Below are positions 11,980 through 26,002 of a stretch of 64,000 nt of DNA, in pieces. A program made the translations under genes and the position numbers. The notes under the pieces were generated by a model, which was not told where the DNA came from, made no database searches, and saw only the letters and a program-made list of their open reading frames with translations. This DNA is from Syncephalis fuscata S228 (Eukaryota; Fungi; Zoopagomycota). Within the stretch, counting starts at the first letter, position 1, and the number at the start of each line of letters is the position of its first letter. Location: positions 1 through 64,000 of the forward strand of contig JAHLTZ010000020.1 of assembly GCA_025786725.1 (NCBI GenBank). The letters are read 5' to 3'.

Positions 11980-12544
11980 GGCCTAAAGGGGAACAAAAAG
12001 GAGAAGTGCCAGTGGTGTCGATAGCCGTGTAAAGGAATACAACGCTTAGAACAGGAAATGATAAAAGGATGGTATGAAGCACGAGTAGCCGAGTTGTTGT
12101 GTCCCTTGCACACGTAACAATGATAGAGAAAAAACAGAGATATCGTTAATCAGGCAAGAAAACAGTGGAAGGCCGTCAAGTAGATAACTAGGTGGAAACG
12201 AAAGAATATCAACTGACAGTGTAGACAAGGGAGAAAAGAAGAGAGCAGCCAAACGGCCTGTTCATATACGTAGACAAAAATGTTGATCACTGTGGCGCTT
12301 GTTGGTTGGTTGATTATTATTGTGGCGGTAATTTCTGATATCACATGACTTGTTAGTATATTGAGTGTTGTTCAATATCTATACAACTAGAATCACATGA
12401 TAGTCGCTGTTGTTGTTATCATTATCATTCATTTGAACTGTGCACTATATTTACAAATAGTATTTAAAAATAAACAAATTTATTATTTTAATGGCGCATA
12501 AAAGTTTTTAAATAATCGCTTTACAGTATGATAAATGGCATAAT

Positions 12545-14507
12545 TTATGGCGAAAGAGGAATAGTAAGATCAACACATTGGTAACCAGAGTTAATACCCG
12601 AATGGCGCAATACGCTACTTGCACAGCATGAAAGGACCTTGGTATTTGCTCTTTCCCGTCCTGCTGTATTTTTCAAGCTTGGATTTGTTACCAGGTATAG
12701 CTGTGATCGGCGATTTCTGACTAAAAGTTGTTTACGGATTTTGAACCATAAAGTTTTGAAAATAACACAAAAGCTAACCGTGCTGGAGGCATTCTCATCT
12801 GGCATACGGACGCCAAGCATGTAGAGTAAAATCCAGGAATCAGTGGTAATACTCACCATTTTAAATATCTTTCTCGTTATAACCTTTCTAGCATAATATG
12901 TCCACTCAAAATCAAGTCCAAGTGTTTCATCTGTGCAAGCAAGAATAATGGCCACGAACGATGCAAATGATATAATGCATAGCTATCAAACGTACGAGTT
13001 AGTTGTTGCTATTACAGCTGATCTCTATAAATCTACCTACCCTAGTTAATGCATCCTTGGCAGCTTCATTGTTGCATTTCTTGATTTTTAAATAAAACAA
13101 GGTTCCTGTATTAAATTGGTTGCTTAGAAATGTTGAAATGAACAACATTTACGCTTTAAACACATACCACTGTAAGCAAATATAATTGCTGTAATAAGCT
13201 CTAATGAGATGGTAATGTAGGTACATATAGAGAAAACTACGATAGATGAAGGATTGCTATTTAAAAAAAAGCAAATAAAAATAATTATTCGTCCCATTAT
13301 TTGGAAAAGAAAATTTGCATGGACAATAATTTGTAATAATTTGCTATATTTTCTACTATCTACGGCATATTGAAATGAGCACCTATAACAGTAAGTGTTA
13401 GTGATAATCAATGGGATAGAAACGACTTACCAAATCAATAGGACAATGTAGAAAGCAATCGAGAAAAGAATGGAACTGACATAAAACAAAGCCTGGCTAC
13501 GGAATGTTACAGTCTTCATGGGTAATGCCACCAGGATAACTAATATTTGTATCATACAAACATACATTTCATTAGTCAATAGCTGTTTAAAATAAATCCC
13601 ACTCTTACAAATAACCGAACAAAGTGCAGTAACAAATGCAATGTTCGCAGTTCATTTTTAAACGACCCAAATGTTACAATAAAAATGAGACTACTAATTG
13701 CTCGTATCGCCACAATAACGTTGATCGAAAACAGTATCCAGATTAATGCTTTATACCAAGACGAGAAAACAAGTACATTCCAAAATTCACTTCTGAACAT
13801 AAAACAGCATTAGTTGCAAATTTAATAATGTTAAATAACAATAACGACTTACGTTGGATTACTGTTGAAAATTTAGGTTTTGGAATTTTCTCAAGCGCCG
13901 CCATAAACGTTTTTAGATATCTAGGTGAAAGTATGGTTACTGGAATGATCGGGTCGTTGTCGGGGATATATGGATACGGTGAGCTGTAGGTAGTCAACCA
14001 AGCAGTAGTATATACGTTTGCAGTTTCCTTAGCAATCATAAATACAATTACTTTGATGGGCGGCAATTTTTGTGCTCTAAGCCAGTCATTGTATTCAAAA
14101 AGCGATTTGCTTACCTGATAAACAAGCAAGTAAGCAATATATCAAGTTTATAGTTTAACTTCAACTTACTTGCGCCACAGTCCAACAGCTATGCATTTTA
14201 GATACTGATTGCTCTACAATGGCAATGGATGCATTAATATGTTTTGGGATTGCGTTATAGCTTTACGAGATAAGATTGGTTGACTGGTATCGAATTCACA
14301 ACTTTTATATGGGAGAAATTTTGGTTCGACTATTAATCCATTAATGCTGTAAAAATCCACAATAACTTCTGGAGGATCATGCGTATTAAACTGAATTAAA
14401 GAATCTCCTTGGCCAAGTGTAATACTAGCGATAGTATAGTCTATTCGGTTTGTGCAGCAAAACCATAAATATAAATTGAATGCGTAAAATATAATTGAAT
14501 GTGCCAT
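12545..14507 (-). CDS. Lineage-specific membrane protein: signal peptide, PA-like ectodomain, multi-pass TM region, cytoplasmic tail
   Basis: Hydrophobic N-terminus MAHSIIFYAF..., motifs GLIVEPKF..C..., IKVIVF, IPVTILS, then several hydrophobic helices over short introns; exon boundaries approximate. Confidence 0.6.
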
Positions 14508-15071
14508 TATAATAATTGTTGTATGTGTAAAAGGAGTAAAGTTGAGAAATGGTTGAACTTGAATAAACACTTGCATTATTAATAATTATTGCTTGGGGTA
14601 GCGGAGAAGAAAGACATATTGCAAATGTAAGCTCCCGTTTTAAAACCAGCTTAAACCTGTTAATGCACAAGCCTCTTCAAGTGCAGCACCATTGCTTGTA
14701 CGAGGTCGTATTCCCTTTTCTAGAAGGCTAGTTTGGCGATTACGTATTTTGTAGTGTGGCTTTTTGTTACTCCGAAACGATATTAACTTACTTAGACATT
14801 TAATTATGAAATGTGTTTTACAAACTCCGATATACTGTACTACCATATTTATTTGGTAACTGCGCAAATACCGTGCTAAACATCAAATATCCACAGTTAT
14901 CTATTTATAAGTAGTTGTATCAACCTAAATAACGCATAAATGAGCTTTTCGTTCAACGTTTAAAACTTGCCTGTTTGTACCACGAACTATCACGCCTTTG
15001 AGGTCCTGCTCATTTAATCCTCCGTGGTATTGGCATCCCGTCTTGTTTCTGTTTGACCTTTTGTTTCCACC

Positions 15072-16886
15072 ATGTTTCTTTTTAACCACGCACATTATTG
15101 CGCCTTAGTTTTCTGTTTATTTTTGTGCAAAAAAGCAAATGCTGCTATCAATACTTTTAAAACAACAACGGCAGCTACTAACGATGGTATTAAAAATCAC
15201 CATGCACAACGATTAAATATTTTATTTAGTGCCGGTTTTGGCGGCAAATCACATGCTACACCACAACTTGAAATGGCCGATATATTGGCAGAACGAGGTC
15301 ATAAAATTACTTTTGCATCGTTTAATAGCACAGTGATACCGTGGCTTGCCGATCATCCTAGACTCCATCCTTTGGGCATCGGTGAAAGTCCAAACGACGT
15401 TTCTGAATTTATATCCGTTGTGCAGAGTTACATGCAAGGTGAAAACGATTTAAAAACCGTCAGCAGTAAGGAAGTCAGTATGATTCTGCTTAAAAGATTC
15501 TATCCCAAACATTATCGATTGTTTCGCGCATGGATCCTTGAAAACAACGTGGATGTAATGGTTTGCGATTTTTTCGTAGCGGGTTGCTATGATGCAGCCT
15601 ACGAAACTGGAACGTCATTTGTGATTACCACCAACATGCTAAGCCATCAAGGTAGTCGCTATATATTAATCTAACGATTATTGCTAATTAGTGAATACTA
15701 TGGCAGGTCTAGACCATCAGCCATACTTATCTGGATTAATGTCCTATTTGCCGGCTACACATGAATCCACAACATTTATGGAGCGTCTAAAAGACGTAAT
15801 TGTAGATCCGATACTGGACAATTGGGCACAAAAGAGTTACAGAAAGATTAGACATGAATTGTTCGCAGAACTGGGTGTAACTCCCTATAATACTAGACTG
15901 AATCGTTGGCGACAAGGTTTTATACTAAGCAATAATTTCTTTGGATTTGAGGTTGGTAGCTTTATATTTATGCAATTAACTAGCTAACGGTAATTAGATA
16001 CCACGACCACTATCGCCCAACACATTTTTAATTGGCCCTACATGCCGCGTACATATCCGTCATTGCCTAGTGATTTAAAGTATTTTCTAGATACACGTAA
16101 ACGTGTAGTTTACGTAGGATTTGGATCAAATATGGTTCTACCGCAGCAGCGTTTACTTGTTATTCTGCGTTCATTGCTTGTTGCCCATGCTGATGGACTG
16201 CTAGATGGTGTCATCTGGGGATTAATGAAACGGTCAGTAGCGATAGTTCAGTACCAACATCAATGGTTGTTAATGGCGTCACACATAACATCGAAGAGAT
16301 GCGTTCCGGTAAACACTCTATCGTTCGTATGTTGAATCGCGCGCCACAACGCGCCGTGTTAAATCATCCATCAATTCAGCTGTTTATTACACACTGTGGC
16401 ATTGCGTCTATTTACGAAACGCTGTTCGCCGGTGTACCTATACTAGGATTACCTGTATTTGGTGACCAGCCCAGTAATGCGGTTAAACTACAGCAACATG
16501 GTGTTGGACTATGGATAAGAAGATCTCAAGTTAGTGAACACACACTAAGTCTAGCGCTTTATCAACTATTGTCGCAAAACCCACTGGAGTCAAGTCCATT
16601 TCGTACAAATGCCCATCGGCTCCAGCAAATGATTCGTATTGCAGACCGTGCTCGCAATCGTGGTCCAGATTTAATTGAGTTGGCAGCCATTCCTGGTGCT
16701 ATTTTGGCACATCAAAGTGCCGAATGGCGTATGCCATGGTGGAAATCAGGAAACTATGATCTGTATACATTTACAGCGTTTTTATTCATTTTCACTGGTT
16801 ATTTACTATTTAAAACCATACGCTATATTCAAATATTTTTATTATCCAAGCAATCAATGCATGTAAAGCAAAATAAACTTAAGTAA
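15072..16886 (+). CDS. GT1 UDP-glycosyltransferase with signal peptide and C-terminal TM (2 introns, -1 indel ~16228)
   Basis: GGKSH...LAERGHKITF; signature APQRAVLNHPSIQLFITHCGIASIYETLFAGVPILGLPVFGDQ; C-terminal TM and lysine-rich tail KQNKLK. Confidence 0.93.
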
Positions 16887-16953
16887 ATAGTTGGATTTTA
16901 CTTTGAGTTTCTAAAGCAAGATTCACCCCAATCAAAGTCATGCCCCTGTGATG

Positions 16954-17280
16954 CGCAACATAGTTATATTACTTATATTAAGATATAACTAATAAATTGA
17001 TTTAAATAAATAATATAGCATACTATTTAATTTCTTTGAAACGTTTGAGTTGATCATTATTATTGTTGGCTATGCGTGGAAAGATTGATCAATATTAACA
17101 TATTACAATGAGTTGCATTTACTATAATTACAGTTATGTTAGCTATCTTAACAATGCTATCAATAATTATTTAGTTAATTGGTCTATTTGATTGTGCTAG
17201 TGTTATTGCACTAATATACACATATTCAGTCTATTGAACATGACCATGGGTAATGAGTTATATTGATAATCAAATTTATT
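16954..17280 (+). repeat. Dispersed repeat homologous to 7147-7510
   Basis: Alignable by eye; CTATTGAACATG at 17231. Confidence 0.85.
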
Positions 17281-17992
17281 ATTCTAATCATTCTATATAG
17301 ATACATTTATTATAGATAGTGCCATATCGTTATATTTTTGTAATAATGCAATATGAATATTTGCATTGTCCGTATTCTATAGCTTTCTACAGTTTCATAT
17401 CAGCCTATTTGTTGTTAATTAGTCCAGCACTCAATAGCCATAAATGCTTAACCAAATAGGCATTTTTAATTAAGCAATAAGTTTATGCATACTCGTATTG
17501 TTTACTTTATCTGTATTTATTGTTCAATAAACAAAATTAAACAAATTTTATTGGTAATTGAACTAGAGACAAACAAACAATAGTTATGAATAGTACATGA
17601 CTATTAAAAATAAACGATAGAATAGATAAATAGTAATGCATAAAATCTTACCATTGATACACAATATTTATAAACATTGTGAATTGAACTATTAATTGTT
17701 TTGAATATACATGATTATTGTAGAAATGTAATGTTATTATTTCTGATAGCTATGATCATAATAAAATGTCTTATTTTATGTATAGTACCTTGAGTTGGCA
17801 ATAAAGCTTTATTTTACAAATTAAAATGTAAAATTATTGCCCAATGCTATAAAAGTAAGCGATGTATTGAAAAGCGATTCTAGCATACCCAAGTGGCAAA
17901 AATCGATAGCAAATCAATAGGACTAATTTATTTAATAAAGTGTTACTAAAATAATGTATAACTTTTGTGAAATAAAGCAAATTGTCTGCTGT

Positions 17993-19257
17993 TTTGCACA
18001 AGTATACATATGGCATACAAGTGACTATCAGCAAAGTATACCGTTATTGTATTGCATGATGGTGTATCTTCATGCAATACACTGATAAATGTGAAAAATA
18101 GGTTTTTGTCATTCATGCTTATATAACAAAATACAGCAAAATGATAGCTAGATTCGAGTTTTCCATGCTTCGCTGATCAGATTGGTATAAATATAGAACA
18201 TGATTTTTGTAAAAATAATTAGTCAAAAATGCATTTACGTATTTTTAATCACTCAATAAATATTGATAATAATACGTATAACTTAATGTATAATAAAGCA
18301 AATGGCATAATATTTTGCACAAGTATGTATATGATATACAGATAGCTACTGGCAAAGTATACCGTTATTGTATTGCGTGATGGTGTATCTATCATGGCAA
18401 TACACTAATAAATATGTAAAAATAGTGGTTTTTGGTCATTCATGGTTGTATACAAAATACAGCAAAATGATTGCTAGATTCGAGTTTCCATGCTCGCTGA
18501 TCAGATTGGTATAAAATATAGAACAGGATTTTTGCAAAAAAGTTAGCCAAAATTCAATTTGCGCGTATTTAGTTGTTAACAAAACCTTAGTTATATGTAT
18601 ATTTATGGCATAAATTGCCGCCATGTATCGGTATTTCTGCATAGCGACTTTTATTATATTTGTTTAGCGCTATATAACACTTTGAATTTACTATGGACCA
18701 AACTTTATTTTTGCATTAAAATTCTAAATTTTTAAAATTAAATCACTTTTTATTAACTAAATACGCGCAAATTGAATTTTGGCTAACTTTTGTTGCAAAA
18801 ATCGCTGTTCTATATTTTATACCAATCTGATCAGCGAAGCATGGAAAACTCGAATCTAGCAATTATTTTGCTGTATTTTAGTATATAAGCCATGAATGAC
18901 CAAAAACCACTATTTTTACACATTTATTAGTGTATTGCCATGATAGATACACCATCACGCAATACAATAACGGTATACTTTGCCAGTAGCTATCTGTATA
19001 TCATATACATACTTGTGCAAAATATTATGCCATTTGCTTTATTCTAATAAAGTTATACATGTTATTATCAATATTTATTGAGTGGATTAAAAATACGTAA
19101 ATCGCATTTTTGACTAATTATTTTTACAAAAATCGCTGTTTTAAATCTTATATCAATCTAATTAGCTAAGCATGGGAACTCGAACCTAGCAATCATTTTG
19201 TTATGTTTTAGTTATATAAGTCATAAATGACCAAAAACCATTATTTTGTACATTTAT
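17993..19257. mobile_element. Foldback-like element: ~490-bp inverted arms built of ~320-bp tandem units
   Basis: 18085-18574 is the reverse complement of 18755-19257 (180-bp spacer); 17993-18312 is tandemly repeated at 18313-18574. Confidence 0.8.
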
Positions 19258-20326
19258 TTCAAGTTTAAATTTGCAAATTAGCGTTATATTGACATTTAAA
19301 AATATTATAAAGGTAAATATTTTGCGGCAACCATAGCTATAGAAATGAAATACTACATTTTACAATGCGTCATGATAGTGTGAATAAGTCTCATGTTAAA
19401 CCATGTGCACTGGACATGATAACGTGACTTTGCACAAATACTATGCTATCGATATTTAATCAAATGGCATTAGCGCTGATTAAAACGAGATTTCACACAT
19501 ACATATTTATACATGTTTGCTATATAGCCGACTGTCATGTAGTGAAATATTAATAGTATCTCATATTTAAACTGAATTTTTATACTTTGCATACTAGTTT
19601 ATTTTATAGTAAATCACGATTTATTTATAAGATTTAGCTATAAAACATTTTAAAGCACGTGGTTCCACAACGCCAACAACAGTTTTATTTCGGATGATTT
19701 CGGGGATGATTATCTGATGGGCGAGAACAATCTCAATCGGGAGAATATATTAGTTTCATTTTGCCATTATCTGATGAAACAACGCTAGTTGCCGTTTTCT
19801 TTTCATTCGTTATCCATTCTCGATTGTTGTTATTACTCTTATGATTATTTCTGTAACAAGTATGCTTTCGGATATTGAGGTATGCTAAGCAACATGGACG
19901 CAGCAGCGTGCGTGCGTGCAAATTGTTGTTTTTATATACGCGTCATAGAATCTATAGTCAATACTGTTATTTAGATACTACTCGTTAATCTATTTGCTTT
20001 GTTACGTACTCTATTCTTCACACCAGTCTAAGCAATTAGGCTGTTAATGCTTTGATATAGCTATGCTACCTTGACGGCATGTTACTGAACTGCCTCACAA
20101 ATGCCATGACACTTTTGCTGCCCTTGGCACGCTTCCGAGTATTGCCGGAAACAATGCGCCTTGAGGTTAAATAAGGAGTCGGACTTTACACTTTTGCATA
20201 TAAACTCTTTCTACATTCAATCGCATTCTTATTTCTCATACTAGCGCACGCATATTCACCTATAGACCTAATGCTAACCGTTTCTCTGCGTTCTATTTAA
20301 ACTTTTGCTTTATACCAGCAATTACA

Positions 20327-22617
20327 ATGACTGCCGAAAAAATTCTGAAGAAAACATTGCTGTTGGCACTCTGCCAATTTCTTTTACTTTGCTGGCGGAT
20401 GAATTTAACAAAAAAATTTCGTTAAACACATCTGTATCCGATTGTGCCACCAGCACTAACTCAAGCAAGTTGCCGCTTTGTTTGCGCGAGTTTGGCCAAC
20501 TTTCAACACACATGCAATGCTTACTTGCCACTATTCTTGGAGACGACTCCGATAATTCGTCTTTAAAACCATTACATCAAAGCTTATCGGCTACTGCAGA
20601 ACAATTTGACGGTCGTCTTCGCCGTCGCAATCTAACCGACACCGATCTGACGACACTAACATGGATACTACGTGCATCAACCGTGCGTGTTCGTACTGGA
20701 GCTGTATTTTCTCGCTTAACCGAATTGGATCTATCACGCAATCGGCTGACCACATTACCAGACGGACTATGCCGAGCATTACCTTCGTTAACTAAACTTA
20801 ATTTGGCACATAATCGCATTGTCCAATGCCCATCGAGCCTTTCACATCTTACTGGTTTGCAAGAACTTAACTTAACGGGTAACCGCCTAGGTACCGAGGA
20901 TGACCCACTTCCTGGATGGCTATTCCGTCGCTGGCCTCAACTTCGTGTACTACGACTTAGCGACAATTTTCTTGAGAATCTACCTAACGAACTTGCTCAG
21001 CTTAAGCAGCTTGAAGTATTGGAACTGGGATCGGTTCTTGGAGGCAATCGGCTTAAGCATTTACCAACTGGATGTTTAGTGCATCTACGCAATCTGGCGG
21101 ATCTTGATCTAACTGGTAATCAAATCACTAAGCTAGAATTTACAGACAACTTTTACGGCTACACTGGTTCATCAACCAGTGAAGGCAACGATAGTGCTGC
21201 GACAGTTTTACCAAACTTAAGCTATCTGACTCTTACAGACAACCATCTTTGTGTGCTACCAGTTGAACTGGCCGAATGTAGCCAGCTTCGTTCGTTACGA
21301 GCCGACGGTAACAGATTGACTAGCCTGCCTACCGAACTGGTCGATCTGGCAAATCTGGAACTACTCGATGTTGCACGCAATCAATTGTCAATATGGCCAG
21401 CTGAACTTGATGAACTTGCACGAAGAGGCTGTACTGTTATTTTGGCTCAGAATCCATTTGATAAACAAACAGACTTGCTACAAAGTCGTCGCAATAGCGT
21501 GATTACAATATCCGAGGATTTATCGACATCGACCAGCCTTCATTCTAATGATGCTATGTTATCTAATCAAACATATTTCAATTCACCACTACTTCAAAGT
21601 AAAACGCCCACCACTGCTGGATCAGTACCACTTATGGAGCTTGATACATCGCCCATACTTCCTGCAATTGCTTTTGAATCAGCAAGACCTATTACCGCTC
21701 ATGCAACAGTTGCTTCTAATAATAATAGCAATATTTATTATAATAATAGCAACAACACTAAAGTTGCTAATACCATTGCCAATGGCCCACCTTCCTTATT
21801 GGAGCTGTCAGCACGTGCACTATTGCGCCATCAACAGCCTATTCCATATCATGCACTACCTGATCACCTAGTTACTTACTTATCTGGTGGTGCCCATGCC
21901 TGTGCTCGCTGCTATGGACCATTTGTCGGCGAGTGGGTAGGCTGCTTGCGACAAGGACAGTTTGGCGGCCATGGCGTGCACCGATGGCTGCGCTATTGTT
22001 CACGCTCTTGCCAGTCAGCTGCAATCAAAGAAGCTTCTCGTATTGCATTCACCACAATGTCCAAGTCGTCCAAACACCACCAGCGTATTGTCACGCATCC
22101 AGCTAGCAGCTTAAGTCGCCAGCGCATGTTTCATATGCGAAATAAAAATGACAGAAAAGATGCCTTTATTTGTTATGCGCCACGGCCACCAGTCGGTCGC
22201 TGTTTACGACGTAACCTGAGTGCACCCGCCAAATACAATTCAGATGGTGAAAACTACGCAACAGCTTGTGCTCGTTGGCGTTGTCTTTTCCACTACGAGG
22301 ATACAGACAGCGCAGGAGAAGATGATGACACTATATCTGTGGCATCGAGTGGCTATGACGGATATAGCACACGCGACCGTTACGGCTTAGGCGATGAAGG
22401 CTGGTGCGATCCAACAGCGTGTGCACCCGTAGGAGCTTCTGCTGAACTTGCCGTCAGTATTGACACTGAGGCAGCGTCATCATCTGAGGCAGCAGCTATA
22501 CCATCCTCATCTACCGCGCCCTACTCGCCATTGTCGATTTTTATGCAGTCTCGTAAGAAGAAGGCTACAAAAAAGCACAGTCGGCTGCGCTGTGATGTCA
22601 GTCAACTGGACTGGTAA
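20327..22617 (+). CDS. Leucine-rich-repeat protein with LRRC58/LRRC28-like BC-box and Cys-rich C-terminal domain
   Basis: ~9 LxxLxLxxNxL repeats; PPSLLELSARALL...LPDHLVTYL...CARC...CSRSC; probable true ATG at 20327 with one A missing from the A-run at 20337-20342. Confidence 0.85.
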
Positions 22618-23893
22618 AATCGACCGTACATTTACTTATTTGTATTCTAAGCACTTAATTATTCATTACTCTGTTTACTAACTTATGACCCTCCACTAAG
22701 TTGTTTATTTTTATTCATTACAATAAATAACCAAATTAATATTATGCATAGTTAGTTTCATGTTCGATGTCTTAAATTAGCCATATTATTACTAAGTCAT
22801 GGCAATGGTTTAGATAACAGTAATAGAAAGCTTCATGGTGCTACTGATTTGTAAAACAAACAAATAAAATAGATAGTAATTATAGTAGTAGTAGGTATTT
22901 GATAGAAAGTAGAGTATGATGATGATACCACTAGTTAGTTGTGTACATTATGTAGGCTATTTAAGCTATAGTTATAATGAGATGTTAATATGCTATATTA
23001 CATGGCTATACCATTGGTATACAATTTGTTATTTAAACTAGCTAACTCTGTTGGTTTTAAAGAAACAGTAATAACGCATTGATGAGTCTTTAGTGTTACT
23101 TTCATTGACAATCCCAAATCCCATATTTGTATGCATCTCAAACAGCGCAGAACACTAATACGACAGTAGCATTATTGCAGTAAAGCTTTACTTCTTTACA
23201 AATATCTTTGCTGTGCATAAACTAATTGTATTTTTTAAATCGTGCAATATACTGGTTGGTTTACACGTACATTTAATTTGCCATTATAGCTTTTTACAGC
23301 AATAAACAGTTTATTTTTAGCACAGCGTTACCGAATGTCAATGCAATCTATGTTGCTAATCATTAATTTTTATTTATTTATTGACTATTAATTATAAATA
23401 TTTCGATAATAGAATATTACGTCCGGTTACTAGTGTCGCCATTCCTTGATCTTAAAGTAATGTAAATTGAGCAAATTTATTACCTTTATTTATATTTAAT
23501 ACTTTTATATAATTGTATTTCTATTTTAACGTAACATATAATGATTTTAATAAACAAAAATACTTTTTATTAGATGTCGCATTAAAATAATGTTTATTTT
23601 GGTATGGATATACAATTCATCCGTCTAAAATTATTAATCCGCTAATACACACATACATATACTGGTAATCTCCATATAACGCCATCACGACACACAGCAA
23701 TGATTGGCTGCAGTAATTAATGATCTATTGATAATAAGCACTGTTTCCTGATGAACAACTTTAGGAAATAGGCTTGAATCATATAAAAGCCCCGTCTTTG
23801 TTTAGTTTGACCTCCGTTTTTTTAAATACAAAGTTGACACATTTTCACAACGCTAGTAGACAAGTTTGAAGTAAATAAATCTATTTATCAGCT

Positions 23894-25257
23894 ATGGAGT
23901 CGTTTATACGGCTTATTTTACTATCTATCGGTATGTTCTTTGGTGCTTTATTGGCCGGAGTGCTGCCATTCCGGCTTGGTTTAGCGGATAGTCGTCGCAA
24001 TCTAAGTAGCCAGCGCTGGACCGTGCTGGGCAGCGGTTTGCTAGTCGGTGCCGTACTTACAGTAATTATACCTGAAGGCATGGAAGCTATGTATAGCGGC
24101 AAATCAAGCACCGCCTCCACACTGCTCGGTGTACCGTGGCACTCGTGGATAGGCCCAACGCTGGCGTTTGGCTTTAGCTTCATGTTACTCGTTGACCAGG
24201 CCGCTTCGATGCCCAAACGTCGACCACGCGCGTCATCAACGGCCAGCACGGGTAGTGAGTGCGATGGTGCAACACCCAACCAGTACCCGGGAGCTGAATC
24301 GCGTACGTCTTCCGCCACACTAGGTCTACTAGTGCACGCTGCGGCCGATGGTGTCGCCATGGGGGCAGCATCGACCACCAATAGCAACCAGCTGGAACTG
24401 GTCATTTTTGCCGCGGTATTATTGCACAAAGCGCCAACGGCGTTTGGTCTTTCTACTGTACTATTACGCGAAAGATACACTCGTGCCCAAGTATTGCAAC
24501 GATTGTTAGCCTTTTCAGTTGCTGCCCCTATAGGTGCACTACTAACTTATGGTGTTCTGCTCGCCAGTTTTATGGCAGCGGGTATTTACAAAGACCACGA
24601 CGGACTAACACCCGATCAGTTAACTCGATTAAATCGATTGACTGGATTACTTTTACTATTCTCGCAGGCACTTTCCTGTATGTGGCTACGGCACATGCCT
24701 TACCCGACACACTTGCTATACTCAACGGAGGGGCATTTCATAAGCATGGCACCTCGACTGCAGAGATCATCAATCCCGATGATCGCTTCTATTCTGCCGA
24801 AGAGGAGGAAGAAGATGGAGACAACGAAGAAGATGGCGAGGAAGAAGAGCCCAGCACTAGTGGCGATAATGGCGCACAAGGCGATACCGATGAAGAGATA
24901 TTACTTCAAGAGCGTATTACTACACCTTTTGAAGTCAACCAGCATGAGATACACTTTCCAAATACCCAGCAGTATGGCATTACAGAAACAGCCGCATCTC
25001 CATCCACCAATATACCAACTATAACTGCCAAAAAGCTTTCTGGCATGCTTAATACACTGGCCAGTCCACGCCGTTCTACCAAACATCCACGGCGCTGGCC
25101 AAGACAAAGTAAAGTAAATCAGGCGCGTAGAATGCGCGCCAATAGCCGTGCTATGCTGTCACCGTCAACTCATACACCACGCGATACTTGGTCATTAATT
25201 GCATTTCTAGTAGGCGTCTTTATACCGGCACTATTTTCAATTGGCCACCATCATTAA
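23894..25257 (+). CDS. ZIP-family metal transporter (ZIP9/Atx2-like; -1 indel ~24664)
   Basis: GLLVHAAADGVAMG, LLHKAPTAFGL, restored LFSAGTFLYVATAH, C-terminal HHH. Confidence 0.92.
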
Positions 25258-25360
25258 TATTGCATATACGTTTATTTAACCAATGTTTATATCCAATGCA
25301 ATCATTGCGTGTATATGTGTTTAATATCTTTATTATAATATCAATGCTTGTGGAGAATAA

Positions 25361-25863
25361 TTATCGCGCCACGGCACGAATACCATACATCTTTTGAAAT
25401 GCTTGAAATTCGTTTTCCCGTTTGTTGTAATCGTCGGTTAATTGTTCAATTGCTTTAGTGATCTAATAATGATTATTAATATTGTTACAATAAATTGATT
25501 AATTATTTAATTAATACTACATTAATAATATACTTACACCTTCGTGGTTTATTTTCAAAGCAGGCAAGACATCGCTTACTGTTCGTTCAACTAAAACACC
25601 ACCTACTAAACGGAAGCATTTACGATCCTTGTCAAGAGGCTCTATAGTATCAAGTACAAGGCTAATAATGTTATTAAATGTACTAACTAGATGAAGGCTG
25701 CCTACCCATGCTCTTCCTTCTCCATCTCAAGCTCGCTAATCTTTTGCGCCAACTGTTGCAATTCCTGCTTCATCACATTGTACACCTGCGTTAACTGTTC
25801 CGGCGACAATTTGTCAGCCGAAATCTTTGTGGCAGTTGACGAAGATCCTTGGCTAGTCGACAT
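25361..25863 (-). CDS. GIM4: Prefoldin subunit 2 (3 exons)
   Basis: QELQQLAQKISELEMEKEEH/LVLDTIEPLDKDRKCFRLVGGVLVERTVSDVLPAL. Confidence 0.93.
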
Positions 25864-26002
25864 GATACAACAACAATAACAAATCAGTAGTTTATGTAGT
25901 AAAAAGAAAGTGGAAAAGACGAGACCACGTCATTCCTGCATTTTTCTTTAAAGTAAAACAACACCCTCGCTATTTATCACCGTATTTAACAACAAGCTTA
26001 CC
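25864..26002. promoter_or_regulatory. Probable bidirectional promoter (prefoldin-2 / NDUFAF5)
   Basis: Only 139 bp separate the divergent ATGs. Confidence 0.55.
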
